Shown here in pieces: positions 19,732-29,558 of a DNA stretch of 64,000 nt. Made by a program: the position numbers and the translations under genes. Source of the stretch: Coleofasciculaceae cyanobacterium (lineage in GTDB: Bacteria > Cyanobacteriota > Cyanobacteriia > Cyanobacteriales > Xenococcaceae); contig DATNPK010000082.1 in the NCBI GenBank assembly GCA_036703275.1, forward strand, positions 86,130 through 150,129, read 5' to 3'. Positions within the stretch are counted from its first letter, which is position 1, and each line of letters opens with the position of its first letter. The notes under the pieces were generated by a model. It saw only the letters and a list, made by a program, of their open reading frames with translations. It made no database searches and had not been told where the DNA came from.

Positions 19732-21090
19732 ATTAACTCTATCTTTAACCCAATCAAAACTCAAGCTACTCTCGAAGACTCTCAAGCCGTATTAGAAATT
19801 TGGGGACGCACTTCTCTCAAAGGAAATGTCAAGATTAGTGGAGCAAAAAATTCTGCCCTAGTACTCATGGCTGGGTCAATACTCTGTCCTGGCAACTGTA
19901 CTTTACGCAACGTGCCTGACTTAGTAGACATCAAGCGTATGGGTCAAATTCTCCAAACTTTGGGTGTTAAGCTTCAACGAGAGGGCGATGTTATAGAAAT
20001 TGATGCTACTAATATTAATCCCAAAGAAGCTCCTTATGACGTAGTATCTCAATTAAGAGCTAGCTTCTTTGTCATTGGACCACTTTTAACCAGATTAGGG
20101 ACAGCTCGTGTTCCCCTGCCTGGAGGGTGTGCCATTGGCGCAAGACCAGTCGATCTTCACGTTCGGGGATTGCAGGCAATGGGGGCTAATGTTTCGATCG
20201 AAGACGGTATAGTTCATGCGAATTTGGTAGGTAGCAGACAGCGTTTACAAGGAGCTAATATCTATTTAGACTATCCTAGCGTTGGCGCAACAGAAACTAT
20301 TCTGATGGCAGCTACTCTGGCAAAAGGTGAAACCAAGATTGAAAATGCAGCTCAAGAACCAGAAATAGTCGATTTAGCTAACTTTTGTCGCCAAATGGGA
20401 GCAGAAATTAGCGGAGCAGGAACAAACACGATCAAAATTCAAGGGGTCAGCAAACTAAGTTCTATAGACTATAACGTTATTCCCGATCGCATTGAAGCAG
20501 GAACGTTTCTAGTCGCAGGAGCAATTACTCAATCCGAAATTACTTTGAGTTGCGTTATTCCCGAACATCTAGCTCCCGTAATTGCCAAGCTAAATGATAT
20601 TGGCTGTCAGGTAGTAGCAGAGGAGGAAGAAGGTACAGTTTTTGGTGGCAATATCAAGTCAAAGCGTCTGCGAATTATTCCAGGGGAACTACAGGGGACT
20701 GATATTGAAACTCTTCCCTATCCTGGCTTTCCTACAGATATGCAGGCTCAGTTTACCGCCCTGTTGAGCATCAGCCAAGGTAACAGCGTAATTAGTGAAA
20801 CCGTATTTGAAAACCGTCTGCGTCATGTAGCTGAACTACAGCGTATGGGAACTAATATCCGCGTTAAAGGTCATCATGCGATCGTTCAAGGTGTCTCCTC
20901 TATCTCTGGCGCGCCAGTCATGGCAACAGATTTAAGAGCCTCTGCTGCTTTAGTATTGGCTGGTTTGGCTGCCGAAGGCAAAACTACCGTCCACGGCTTA
21001 CATCATTTAGATCGGGGTTATGAAGACTTGGAAAACAAGTTTCGTGCTTTAGGTGCAAGATTAGAGCGTATTCTTCCTGAAAGTACCTAG
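19732..21090 (+). CDS. murA: UDP-N-acetylglucosamine 1-carboxyvinyltransferase (start codon non-canonical, see findings)
   Basis: The track ORF starts at Met 19867. The same frame upstream encodes the essential N-terminal MurA motif ([26 protein letters not shown]). That frame is open back to the TAA at 19702. ATT 19732 lies 7 nt after AAGAGGA. The rest is canonical MurA ([25 protein letters not shown]). Confidence 0.85.
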   Translation: MNSIFNPIKTQATLEDSQAVLEIWGRTSLKGNVKISGAKNSALVLMAGSILCPGNCTLRNVPDLVDIKRMGQILQTLGVKLQREGDVIEIDATNINPKEAPYDVVSQLRASFFVIGPLLTRLGTARVPLPGGCAIGARPVDLHVRGLQAMGANVSIEDGIVHANLVGSRQRLQGANIYLDYPSVGATETILMAATLAKGETKIENAAQEPEIVDLANFCRQMGAEISGAGTNTIKIQGVSKLSSIDYNVIPDRIEAGTFLVAGAITQSEITLSCVIPEHLAPVIAKLNDIGCQVVAEEEEGTVFGGNIKSKRLRIIPGELQGTDIETLPYPGFPTDMQAQFTALLSISQGNSVISETVFENRLRHVAELQRMGTNIRVKGHHAIVQGVSSISGAPVMATDLRASAALVLAGLAAEGKTTVHGLHHLDRGYEDLENKFRALGARLERILPEST

Positions 21091-22191
21091 AAAAAGCCTC
21101 TGGAATAGTAATTAGTAATCAAGACGATCGCACTTATAGATTTTGGCGTTGCTTATTTGGCGGATAATTGCTCATGGGGTTTCTCTCAAGGGCAATTGTC
21201 GCGCGATCGCACTTGCTGTTTCAGAACGTAACCAAGAACAAAGATAACTTAGGTTTTAGAGATTGCCTAATATATTCTCGAATCTCTAAATCTTTTGCTG
21301 CGCATAGGTTTCAAGATTAAGCTATACATTTTGCTCAAAAAGATGCATAAATCAAGAATTGCGATCGTATACGAAATATAGTTACTCCAATCAATCAATT
21401 CAGGTTGAATGGCGCTAGAGGTTAGAGAGGGAGGATTTAACTATGAGCAGTATCTATAAGAGAAATAATTGTATCGAGGAAAACATCGGCTTTTTCATTT
21501 CGTCACGTCAAGGAAAAATAAGATTAGCAGAACCAAAAAGATCTTGAAGGAAAAAAATTATGATCGTACTTCCATCTTGGTTATCTGTTAAAATCACTTA
21601 AATAAGGCACTTAATTACATTCTCAAACTTATTAGAAGCAATTGAGAAATTCACGAATAATTAATTCTTCCTTGATTAGTTAAAAATGCTGTTTTACGGA
21701 GAACTGGGCGAGCTTATAACTAATAGTTTCGTAACTGGTGATACAAGCCACTCAGTAGGATTAGTAGCGTATTTCATACATAGCTGGGTAATTAGTTGCA
21801 GTCAACCAAAGTAACAAAAAAAATATTTTTCAGTGAATTTTGATACAAAAAATTTAGGTTGTCTCCGATTAATGCTATAAAAATGGCATAGTTTCCTTCC
21901 CTAATGTTAAGCAGTTTGCAAAAATTCTCTTTGTAAACTAATCGCTCAAATTTTAGTCAATTTTTTGCTTATATTAAAGATAATATTAATACAAATAAAC
22001 TATGTTTGTCTTCACACAAATCTCACAGTTCAATTATATTTTAAACTAAAAGCTTTAATAAAATTGCACGGATATGTAGTTTAAATTACCTTTAAAAGCT
22101 ATGTAACTTGTTGTATAACACACAAAATCAAACAAATGTTTAGTTTATTAGGGTTATGCAAAAAGTAAAATATAATGTTAAGTTATAGAGA

Positions 22192-22244
22192 GCAAAATAG
22201 TTAAGTTAAAAAATATTACCTATTTTACAACTTAACTATTTTGC
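22192..22244. promoter_or_regulatory. perfect 16-bp inverted repeat in the AT-rich region upstream of the HlyD pseudogene
   Basis: GCAAAATAGTTAAGTT (22192-22207) and AACTTAACTATTTTGC (22229-22244) are separated by 21 nt. The function is unknown. Confidence 0.3.
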
Positions 22245-22452
22245 ATAAAACTATCTTATAGAGTAATAATTGAAAAATAAAAATAACTATCAACCAAAAA
22301 ATTTGCTTTTTAATTATTTTTTCCAAAAACTGCTTAAATAAACCGCTTAAATAAAAAACATTTTATTTGTGTTTTCCTGGTAACATAGGCTTTTTAAGAT
22401 AAAAGAAGGGTTTTATTGTTTAAATACCAAAATACTTATCGGCTTTAAAGTT

Positions 22453-23742
22453 ATGAAAATACTGCCAAAGGTAGCTAATTTTAAACGGCATTTACCTAGT
22501 CAATATAAGAAGAAAAGCTCTTTAAATTCAGTACCAGATTCAGATTCAAAACAATTAATCGCCAGGTTAGATTCAGAGCAACAGACTAGAGACGTTGAGC
22601 GGCTCAAAAATCTCATTTCCTCTTATAAGCTAGAGCTAAATCAAAAACGCAATTTGTTAGAAAAAGTTGAAATAGAGACCACAACTCATCAACTAATTGC
22701 CCAAGCTGAAGTACAAGGTCAAAAATCAGCCATAGCTTCAGCGATCGCCGAAACCAAAGTGGCCAGCGAATTATTAGCTCAACGAAAGTCTGAATTAACC
22801 GCTTATTCAACCAGACAAAAGCGCGTCCAAAATCTATCGGCATTAGAGCAAGAAAAACTCGACCAAATCACCTCAGAACTAAAAGAGCATCAACAGCGGC
22901 TGGAGAGACTCAAACCTCTGGCAAAAGCAGGGGCAATATCCCAAGAAGCTATCTTTCAGGCTCAACAGGCTCAACGACAGAGTCAACAACAACTAACTGA
23001 CAACAAACTGCAAGGAATTAGTAATATCAGCGAACAGATATTTCAATCCAAACAAGCTCTACGGGAGATGGAAGCAAGTATTACTCAAAGTCAAGGAGAC
23101 TTGGTTTCAGGGCAAAAAGAAGTTGAGCGACTTCAGGCAGAATTGACGCATAAAAAAGCGGAGAGACAGAGAATTGAGCTTGAGTCGCAACAGAAAGCAG
23201 AGCAGCTAAAGCTGGAAATCAATCAAACTGAAAGCAAAATAGCCGAAACCAAAAATCAGCTAGCAACTGCCCAGAGCCTGCTGGAAAAAAGATCTTTAAG
23301 ATCTCCCGTGCCTGAGACTGTTTTATCTTTCAACGTGATCAATACGGGTAAAGTGGTTCAGTCAGGAGAAACTGTTGCCGAAATCGCGCCTCAAAGCTCT
23401 CCGTTAGTGCTTTCGGCTGTCTTGCCCGATCGCGAAGCTAGCTTTGTTGAAAAAGGTATGCCAGCACAGGTCAAGTTTGATGCCTACTCATATCAACATT
23501 ATGGGGTAATTCCTGGCAAAGTAATTTCTGTCTCGGCAGATACGACAACCGATGAAAAATTGGGTGCAGTATACCGATTAAAAATAGAACTCAAACGCAA
23601 CTATGTTACTAACGATATCAAGAAAATTTTGTTCAAACCAGGTTAAACAGCTACTGCTGATATTGTGATTCGGCAACAGCGAATCATTGATGTTTTGCTC
23701 GATCCGATCGAGAAACTCAAACAGGACGGCATCGATTTATAA
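22453..23742 (+). pseudogene. HlyD-family membrane-fusion protein, lacking the N-terminal TM anchor and with an in-frame TAA
   Basis: It has a long coiled-coil and a barrel-sandwich region. The frame reads ...ILFKPG*TATADIVIRQQRIIDVLLDPIEKLKQDGIDL*. The TAA at 23644-23646 interrupts the conserved C-terminal HlyD tail. No hydrophobic N-terminal helix is present. Confidence 0.7.
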
Positions 23743-23773
23743 AACCCAGATTGATTTATTCGAGAGAAAAATT

Positions 23774-24181
23774 ATGTATCGCAATTTTAATTCTGCTAAT
23801 TCCCAGCTCGACAAGGTAATGAGCGACGATCAGTTCAACCAAATAGTTGAAGCAATTATATCGGGAAAATATTCTTGGGCGTGTCTTTTGATTCTGCGCT
23901 TTTCAGGATACAACCCGTTGCACTATATTCCTTATCGAACCTACAACCGACTGATGAAACTTAATCGAGAGTCAGAGCCTCAGTTAGTGAGGGATAATAC
24001 TGTAGCTCATCGCAGCCAGTCTCAATCGCCTCAAACGTCTCAGAAATCTGCGACCAAGCTCCGAGATCTATGTTGTTTGGAAGAAATCGATCGCCAGTCT
24101 CAGAAGGTAAAAGGTGGAGAAAGAGTATTCTCACTCTACGCAATACCCAATTTGATTTGGCAGAAATTTAGCAATAACTAA
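23774..24181 (+). CDS. HetP-family protein
   Basis: From ATG 23774 the ORF reads MYRNFNSANSQLDKVMSDDQFNQIVEAIISGKYSWACLLILRFSGYNPLHYIPYRTYNRLMKLN. This matches the conserved HetP N-terminal domain (KYSWAC..LRF.GYNP.HYIPYRTYNRL) as I recall it. Confidence 0.7.
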   Translation: MYRNFNSANSQLDKVMSDDQFNQIVEAIISGKYSWACLLILRFSGYNPLHYIPYRTYNRLMKLNRESEPQLVRDNTVAHRSQSQSPQTSQKSATKLRDLCCLEEIDRQSQKVKGGERVFSLYAIPNLIWQKFSNN

Positions 24182-24385
24182 ATAAAAGATCGGGCTTTAG
24201 TGATTTGAGCTATGACTTTTCTTAGCTCTTAGCTTTTTTAATTCAACATCGACTATTGCTTTGTTGCCTCTGAAAAAGTTTAAACAGAAACAGAGAATTA
24301 CCTTTACTCAGACTTTTGAGCTAGAGGTTCAACAACTAACTTTTGCTGGTTTTTTACGGAGTAAGAGCAAGTGGATATTACAGCA

Positions 24386-26327
24386 ATGAAATCGCCGTCT
24401 TCTGAGGATAGTTCAGATCGGCTGACAGTCTTATCGTGGCTGTTAAAGCAGGGTCAATTTGACTCAGGCAAAGCAGAGTTGATTAAACATTTGAGTCAAC
24501 AATTTGAAATAATTTAGTTTCAATTGGGCGATAACTTGATGGTTCAGTCAGGTTCCTCGACTCATTCCCACAAACCGAAACCAGACTCTGGCTATTTCTG
24601 GCTAATTTGTGAAGGGCGATCGCGATTGTTGAGCTTTGATGTCGATAAACAAAGAGAAGTTTCCACTAATCTAATGGCAGAAGGGGCTATCTTCGGCGGA
24701 GAATCTATCTGGTGCCAAATTTTCCTTCCTTACAGGGTAGTAGCTGCTAGTAAAGTTAAAGCTGCGAGAATTTTTTTGGCAAAACTGTCTCCTTATTTTG
24801 CAAAACTGCCCGAGCTTGACCGAAAATGGCAGTATATGGCTCAGCAGCAGCAAAAATTAATCTTTTTAAAAACTCTAACGCAACTACGCTCTTTATCTAG
24901 CCATCGAATTAAAAAATTGCTGCCTCACCTAGTAGCAACCAAGATTAATGCTGGAGAATATTTGAAATCAAAAGGGCAGACTGCTCGTTTCTGGTTACGG
25001 CATGGTCAAATTAAAGACCGAACTATCAAAATAGGAGATTCTTGGGGATATTTAGAGTCGACTAATCATAATTGGATAGCTCAAAGCGATCTGTTGGTCT
25101 ATCAATTGCCTCAAAAAAATTGGCAAATTTTCTCAGAACTTGCTCCTGAGCTAGTTACTGCTTGGTCAAAAAACCCTGATGCTCAATTCAGCCAAACACC
25201 ATTAGCCAAAATTAAAAATTCTAATAGTGTCAGCGCTCTAGTGAATCTCAAAACTCCGAGCTTAAGTATTACCCATGTAGCTAGTCCCTCACCAGACCAT
25301 TCTTCACAGCCTCAAGCCATAGATGATGAGGTTCAAGAAGTCGATTATCCTAGACCGATTAAGCGTCGTGGTCGATGGAAAACCTATCCTTTTATTGAAC
25401 AGCAAAGTTCCTCTGACTGTGGTGCAGCCTGCATAGCGATGATTAGCCGATACTGGGGCAAGCGTTTGAGCATCAACTTCTTGCGGGAGATAATCGGCAT
25501 TGGGCGTTCTGGAGCATCCCTGAAAAGTTTAGCTAAAGCAGCAGAAAGCATAGGTTATCAGGCTCGACCTGTAAGAGCCAGTCTGAGTCGTATTGCCGAG
25601 CAAAAACAGCCTTGGATTGCCCATTGGCAAGGGGATCATTATGTAGTTGTTTACCGCGTAAAAGACAATAAAATTTTGGTTGCTGATCCAGGGAAAAGCA
25701 AGTTTCAACTTTCTAGCTCAGAGTTTACTTCTATTAGTCAAGCTAATTCAAGGTTTGTATCATCCTCTTAGTGGTCAAGTTGCGATCGATGGACATAATC
25801 TAAAGCACGTTTCCCTGAAATCTTTGCGATCGCAAATGGGAGTTGTACCACAAGACTGCTTTCTATTTTCGGGAACTATCCTGGAAAATATTACGCTTTA
25901 TTGAGCTGAATTTACCTTAGAACAGGCTATTGCTAGCGCTAAGTTAGCAGAGGCTCATGCCTTTATTCAGGCTCTACCTTTAGGATATAACACCAAGGTT
26001 GGCGAACGGGGTGATAGTCTTTCTGGTGGACAGCGACAGCGCATTGCAATCGCTCGTGCCTTTTTAGGCGATCCGCCTATTTTGATTTTAGATGAAGCAA
26101 CTAGTTCGCTAGATACAGAGTCGGAACGGCGTTTCCAGGAAAATCTTACTCGTCTTTCTCGACAGCGTACTACCTTGATTATTGCCCATCGTCTTTCGAC
26201 GGTGCGTAACGCCGACTGTATTGTAGTGTTAGATAAAGGTTTGATAGTCGAGCAAGGAACTCACGCAGAATTAATCGCCCAACAGGGACTCTACTATCAA
26301 TTAGCCAAACAGCAGTTGAGTCTCTAA
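24386..26327 (+). pseudogene. HetC-like cNMP-binding / C39 peptidase / ABC exporter, heavily degraded
   Basis: The ATG at 24386 is followed by an in-frame TAG at 24515-24517. Next come cNMP-binding-like regions and a C39 domain (QQSSSDCGAACIAMISRYWG ... IAHWQGDHYVVVY). Near 25737 the frame jumps straight into the post-Walker-A part of the NBD (LVKLIQGLYHPLSGQVAIDG), so the whole TM domain is deleted. An in-frame TGA lies at 25902-25904. The NBD tail then follows ([26 protein letters not shown]). Confidence 0.8.
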
Positions 26328-26359
26328 CAAGATATCCATTGATTCTAATTATATTTTAA

Positions 26360-26683
26360 TTATGATGAGGAGCGATCGCGATCGCTATGTATCATGTAGT
26401 TCAATTCACTATCTAGCCACTGTTTGAAAATGCGATCGATAATCTCTTGACGTATTTTGGCAGTTAGTTGAGCGGGAATATACTCCTCAATCTTAAATAA
26501 ATGATACCCCACCTCTGTCTTAATTGGTCTAATGATTTCGCCGATGGCAACTGGAGTTTTAAATATAGCAGCAGCTATGTCTGGGGGATAATCCCAGCGA
26601 TGTACTTTTCCTTCATAGCCACAAACATATCGACTGCCGATTCTGGCTTCTACTCCTAACTGTTCTAATTGTTGGCGACGCAA
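26360..26683 (-). pseudogene. PpiC/parvulin-type peptidyl-prolyl isomerase, C-terminal fragment
   Basis: Only about 105 codons remain. They carry the end of a rotamase domain (PIKTEVGYHLFKIEEY) and no credible N-terminus. SurA-like PPIases accompany such exporter clusters, from memory. Confidence 0.5.
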
Positions 26684-26791
26684 GCGTAGTTTTCTTTATG
26701 ATAAAAACAGGGTAGTTAGACAAGAAACTACTTGAATCGAAAATTTGAGTTTGATATTTCCAACCTAATTATTTTTAAGCAAAACTGAACC

Positions 26792-26992
26792 ATGACTAAA
26801 TATAGAGTTTATCAGCAAAGAATTGTCTCACCCGATGGCAGAGCTGTTGCAGAAGCAACCAGCACCGTTATAACTTCTGGCGACAATCAAACTAAGGTCG
26901 AGCAGAGTGTTTCGGTAAACGTGACTCAAAACGGCAGTTTTAGTAGTAACTCTAGTAGCTCAACTTCAAGTTCTCATACTCGTGCTAACTAG
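26792..26992 (+). CDS. small hypothetical protein with Ser-rich tail
   Basis: 66-aa ORF: MTKYRVYQQRIVSPDGRAVAEATSTVITSGDNQTKVEQSVSVNVTQNGSFSSNSSSSTSSSHTRAN. I recognise no family, so coding status is uncertain. Confidence 0.25.
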   Translation: MTKYRVYQQRIVSPDGRAVAEATSTVITSGDNQTKVEQSVSVNVTQNGSFSSNSSSSTSSSHTRAN

Positions 26993-27030
26993 CAGAAAAT
27001 AATTAGCTGAATATCTCTAAATGTTTTTGA

Positions 27031-27125
27031 GAAGGGCGCGTCGCCTGAGTGTGAGGGACGCGAAGGAAACCTATGCTGTCAAAGTGTCGTTCGCGAAGCG
27101 TCTCCGTAGGAGATACCCGAAGGGC
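27031..27125. repeat. GC-rich dispersed repeat (family copy 2)
   Basis: It contains GACGCGAAGG and CGCGAAGCGTCTCC modules related to copies at 9605 and 41583. It is bracketed by a 7-nt direct repeat GAAGGGC (27031-27037 and 27119-27125). Confidence 0.5.
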
Positions 27126-27147
27126 TATTAGCTATTAGCTATTAGCT
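27124..27147. repeat. heptanucleotide tandem repeat (GCTATTA x3.4), STRR-like
   Basis: The sequence is GCTATTAGCTATTAGCTATTAGCT. The reverse-complement heptamer array is at 47087-47111. Confidence 0.6.
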
Positions 27148-27192
27148 TAAAACCCGATTTAGTACCTTAACTTGTTATCAATGCTTAATTGC

Positions 27193-28717
27193 CTAAGCAA
27201 AGTCACTAAAACTATAGATGCGATCGCTATTGCCAAAATAGAATGCTTCGACGTTTTCAACTATCAACATCGAATCCCCATCTTTAATGGTGAGAGTCTG
27301 GTTAGCAGATGAGCCGAGGGTAATTTGGTAGTCGTTTATATTACCCCATAGCTTGAGAACATCATAATCTTTACCGCCATTAATCGAAACTGTTGCTTCA
27401 AAACCGCCGATCTCAAAGGTATCATTACCGCGATCGCCGAAAATAGCAGCATTTTTAATCAAGCCTGACTGATCTTCTTGAAAATAAACTTCTTGAGTGG
27501 ATCGATTAAAATCGACTATCGCTGCTTGGAAATAGTCATCACCTTGACCTAATTCAATTTGACTGTCTTCAACGCCAATATTGCTACCATAGCCAATGAC
27601 TCGATCATTACCCTTTCCTGTCTCGATGTTACCGCCTTTAATGCCGATTGCGCCCTAGCCAATAACTTGATCGTCTCCCTGGGATGTTTTAATTACTCCC
27701 GAATTATCAATGCCGATGGCGATCACTGTTGAGGTATCGGCTATCGAATTAGTATCGGTTTGAGCATCTGAATTATCGGCAATACCAACTGCATCGGCTT
27801 TAGCATCTGCTGTAGCAGCTACATTATTAACTGCGATCCCGATAATAATGTCATTACCTCTGCCAGTAGCGATCGCGCCTGTATTAACAATTGCCACAGT
27901 ATAACTTTCTGTAATAGCCAAGGATTCGGCTTTAGCTGTTGCTATAGCTATATCGTTAGCAATAGATTCTGCTTCAGCGATCGCCTGAGAATTACTGGAA
28001 CTTCTAGTATTAGCTAACCCAAAAATTATATCGTCGCCTTGTCCTGTAAAAATTTCACCAGAGTTAAAAATTCCGAATGTACTTGTTTTACTATTAGCTA
28101 TAGTTGCGGATGTACTTCTAGAAATAGCTGTCTCAATTTGATTGACAACTTCAGAATCACACTCTGTAGATAAAGCGGCAATATTGCTAGCAAAGGCAGT
28201 AGCTTCAGCCTGACTATCTGCCGAGGTACTAGCTAGACCTATGATCGTATCATTACCATTACCAGTAGCGATCGCACCTAAATTATCAATTCCAATAGCC
28301 AGTGCATCGGCTATAGCAATAGACTCACTATTGACAATGGCAGAAGAGTTATTACCCAAAATTACCGCGATTTTAGAGGTAGCCAGAGACTCACTGAAAT
28401 GCTGAGGCATTAGCTACACCGATCAGGCTGTCATTGTCTCTACCAGTGCTAATTTTATTTATATTTTCTAAACCGATAGCTACAGCATTAGTTTGGCTGT
28501 TGGCAGCAGCAGAAAATATACTTTCAGAAACATATTTAGCTTGAGATTGTACCTCAGAATTATCGACTATGTTTTCAGGATAAAATAAGTCGTTTTTGCT
28601 ACATTTCCAGCTAGGTCTTTCAATCCCAATAACCTAGGATAAAGAAATTAATATACCATCAATAGCTACCCGATTTACTAGTGATATATTTGGAAAAATG
28701 TTATTTATTTTACTCAC
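27193..28717 (-). pseudogene. repeat-rich RTX-like secreted protein (GxGNDxIxG repeats), disrupted
   Basis: The frame from GTG 28717 has an in-frame TAG at 28634-28636. It has a frameshift near 28390-28410. It has a second in-frame TAG at 27655-27657. The motifs TGNGNDTIIG, TGQGDDIIFG, TGRGNDIIIG, TSQGDDQVIG, TGKGNDRVIG and GDRGNDTFEIGG recur every 40-50 residues. Confidence 0.6.
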
Positions 28718-29400
28718 AATAACTTTCTACATATTTAATCATTTTGCTCAATTAATTATGCAGGCTATTAGAGGTTTTATTTATCAAGATCTGATGAGTA
28801 ATTAGCTAGATAAATAAACAATACGTTAAGTTTTCATGTCCTTTTAATCAAGCAAATAATATTTTTTGATTAAAAACAACCAATTACTAAAATGCTGTGT
28901 TGACAATACCGTTTATTTAGAATTTAGAAAATGTGCTTTGGATGATCCTGTAATCGGGTCACTTAGGAATGTTAAATATTGCCCTCAGTACAATTGTCAA
29001 TTATGCGATCGCTGGCTACATTACAACTTTTTATTGAAAGCAGTCTCGCCATAGTCTCAATTAGGTTTCTGCTTTAAATTTAAAAGTTGGCTGGCTAATG
29101 ATAGTGATGAGAATGAAACTATGCCTGATGAGCTAAGAGATTGCCAGCCAATTAATTTTTGATTGGCACTTTCAATTAAACTAGCAATAATATTTAGCTG
29201 CTTTTTTTTGCCAGTATTTTTAGCTTTTTGTTTCACTACCCTGCGATCTCTTCTTTTTACAAGACTACAAAATATGCCATTAAAAAACTGACTCAAATGT
29301 AAGAAGAAATTACCACCTACATTTTTTAAAGTGGTCGTCAAGTATGTTCCTGATGATAGAAACTAGAGGCGGTATCTGCCCATCGCTTAAACGCTTTACT

Positions 29401-29471
29401 AATAAGGAATTGTCGTTCCAGAGATTAACTCTAGCAAAAAAGGCGAAAAGTATCTGAGAAAGAGGCGATGC
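29401..29471. repeat. 71-bp near-duplicate of the 3' coding end of the FAD monooxygenase gene
   Basis: 29401-29471 and 29642-29712 are near-identical, with a handful of mismatches over 71 nt. The copy encodes HRLFLRYFSPFLLELISGTTIPY* versus HRLFPKYFSPSLLELISGTTIPYST in the intact gene. Confidence 0.6.
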
Positions 29472-29558
29472 GGCTCTACTGCGAATGTTATGTAAGCAAA
29501 CCCACTATCGTATTTGCTGCACGGGAAGGGAGGTTATCGGTGGTCTAACTCAAGTTAG

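Noticed and set aside
23687-23773. N-terminal 29-codon extension of the hetP-like ORF (track start 23687)
   Set aside because: This part overlaps the tail of the HlyD pseudogene in another frame. HetP homology begins only after the ATG at 23774.
25680-26327. ORFs 25680-25904 and 26082-26327 as independent small ABC ATPase genes
   Set aside because: They are one NBD frame split by a TGA and lack Walker A. They are the 3' remains of the HetC-like pseudogene.
28634-28717. The RTX-like pseudogene begins VSKINN..., resembling the MSKINN start of the GG-leader precursors
   Set aside because: The similarity is limited to five residues. No Gly-Gly motif or leader-like spacing follows, so I treat it as coincidence.
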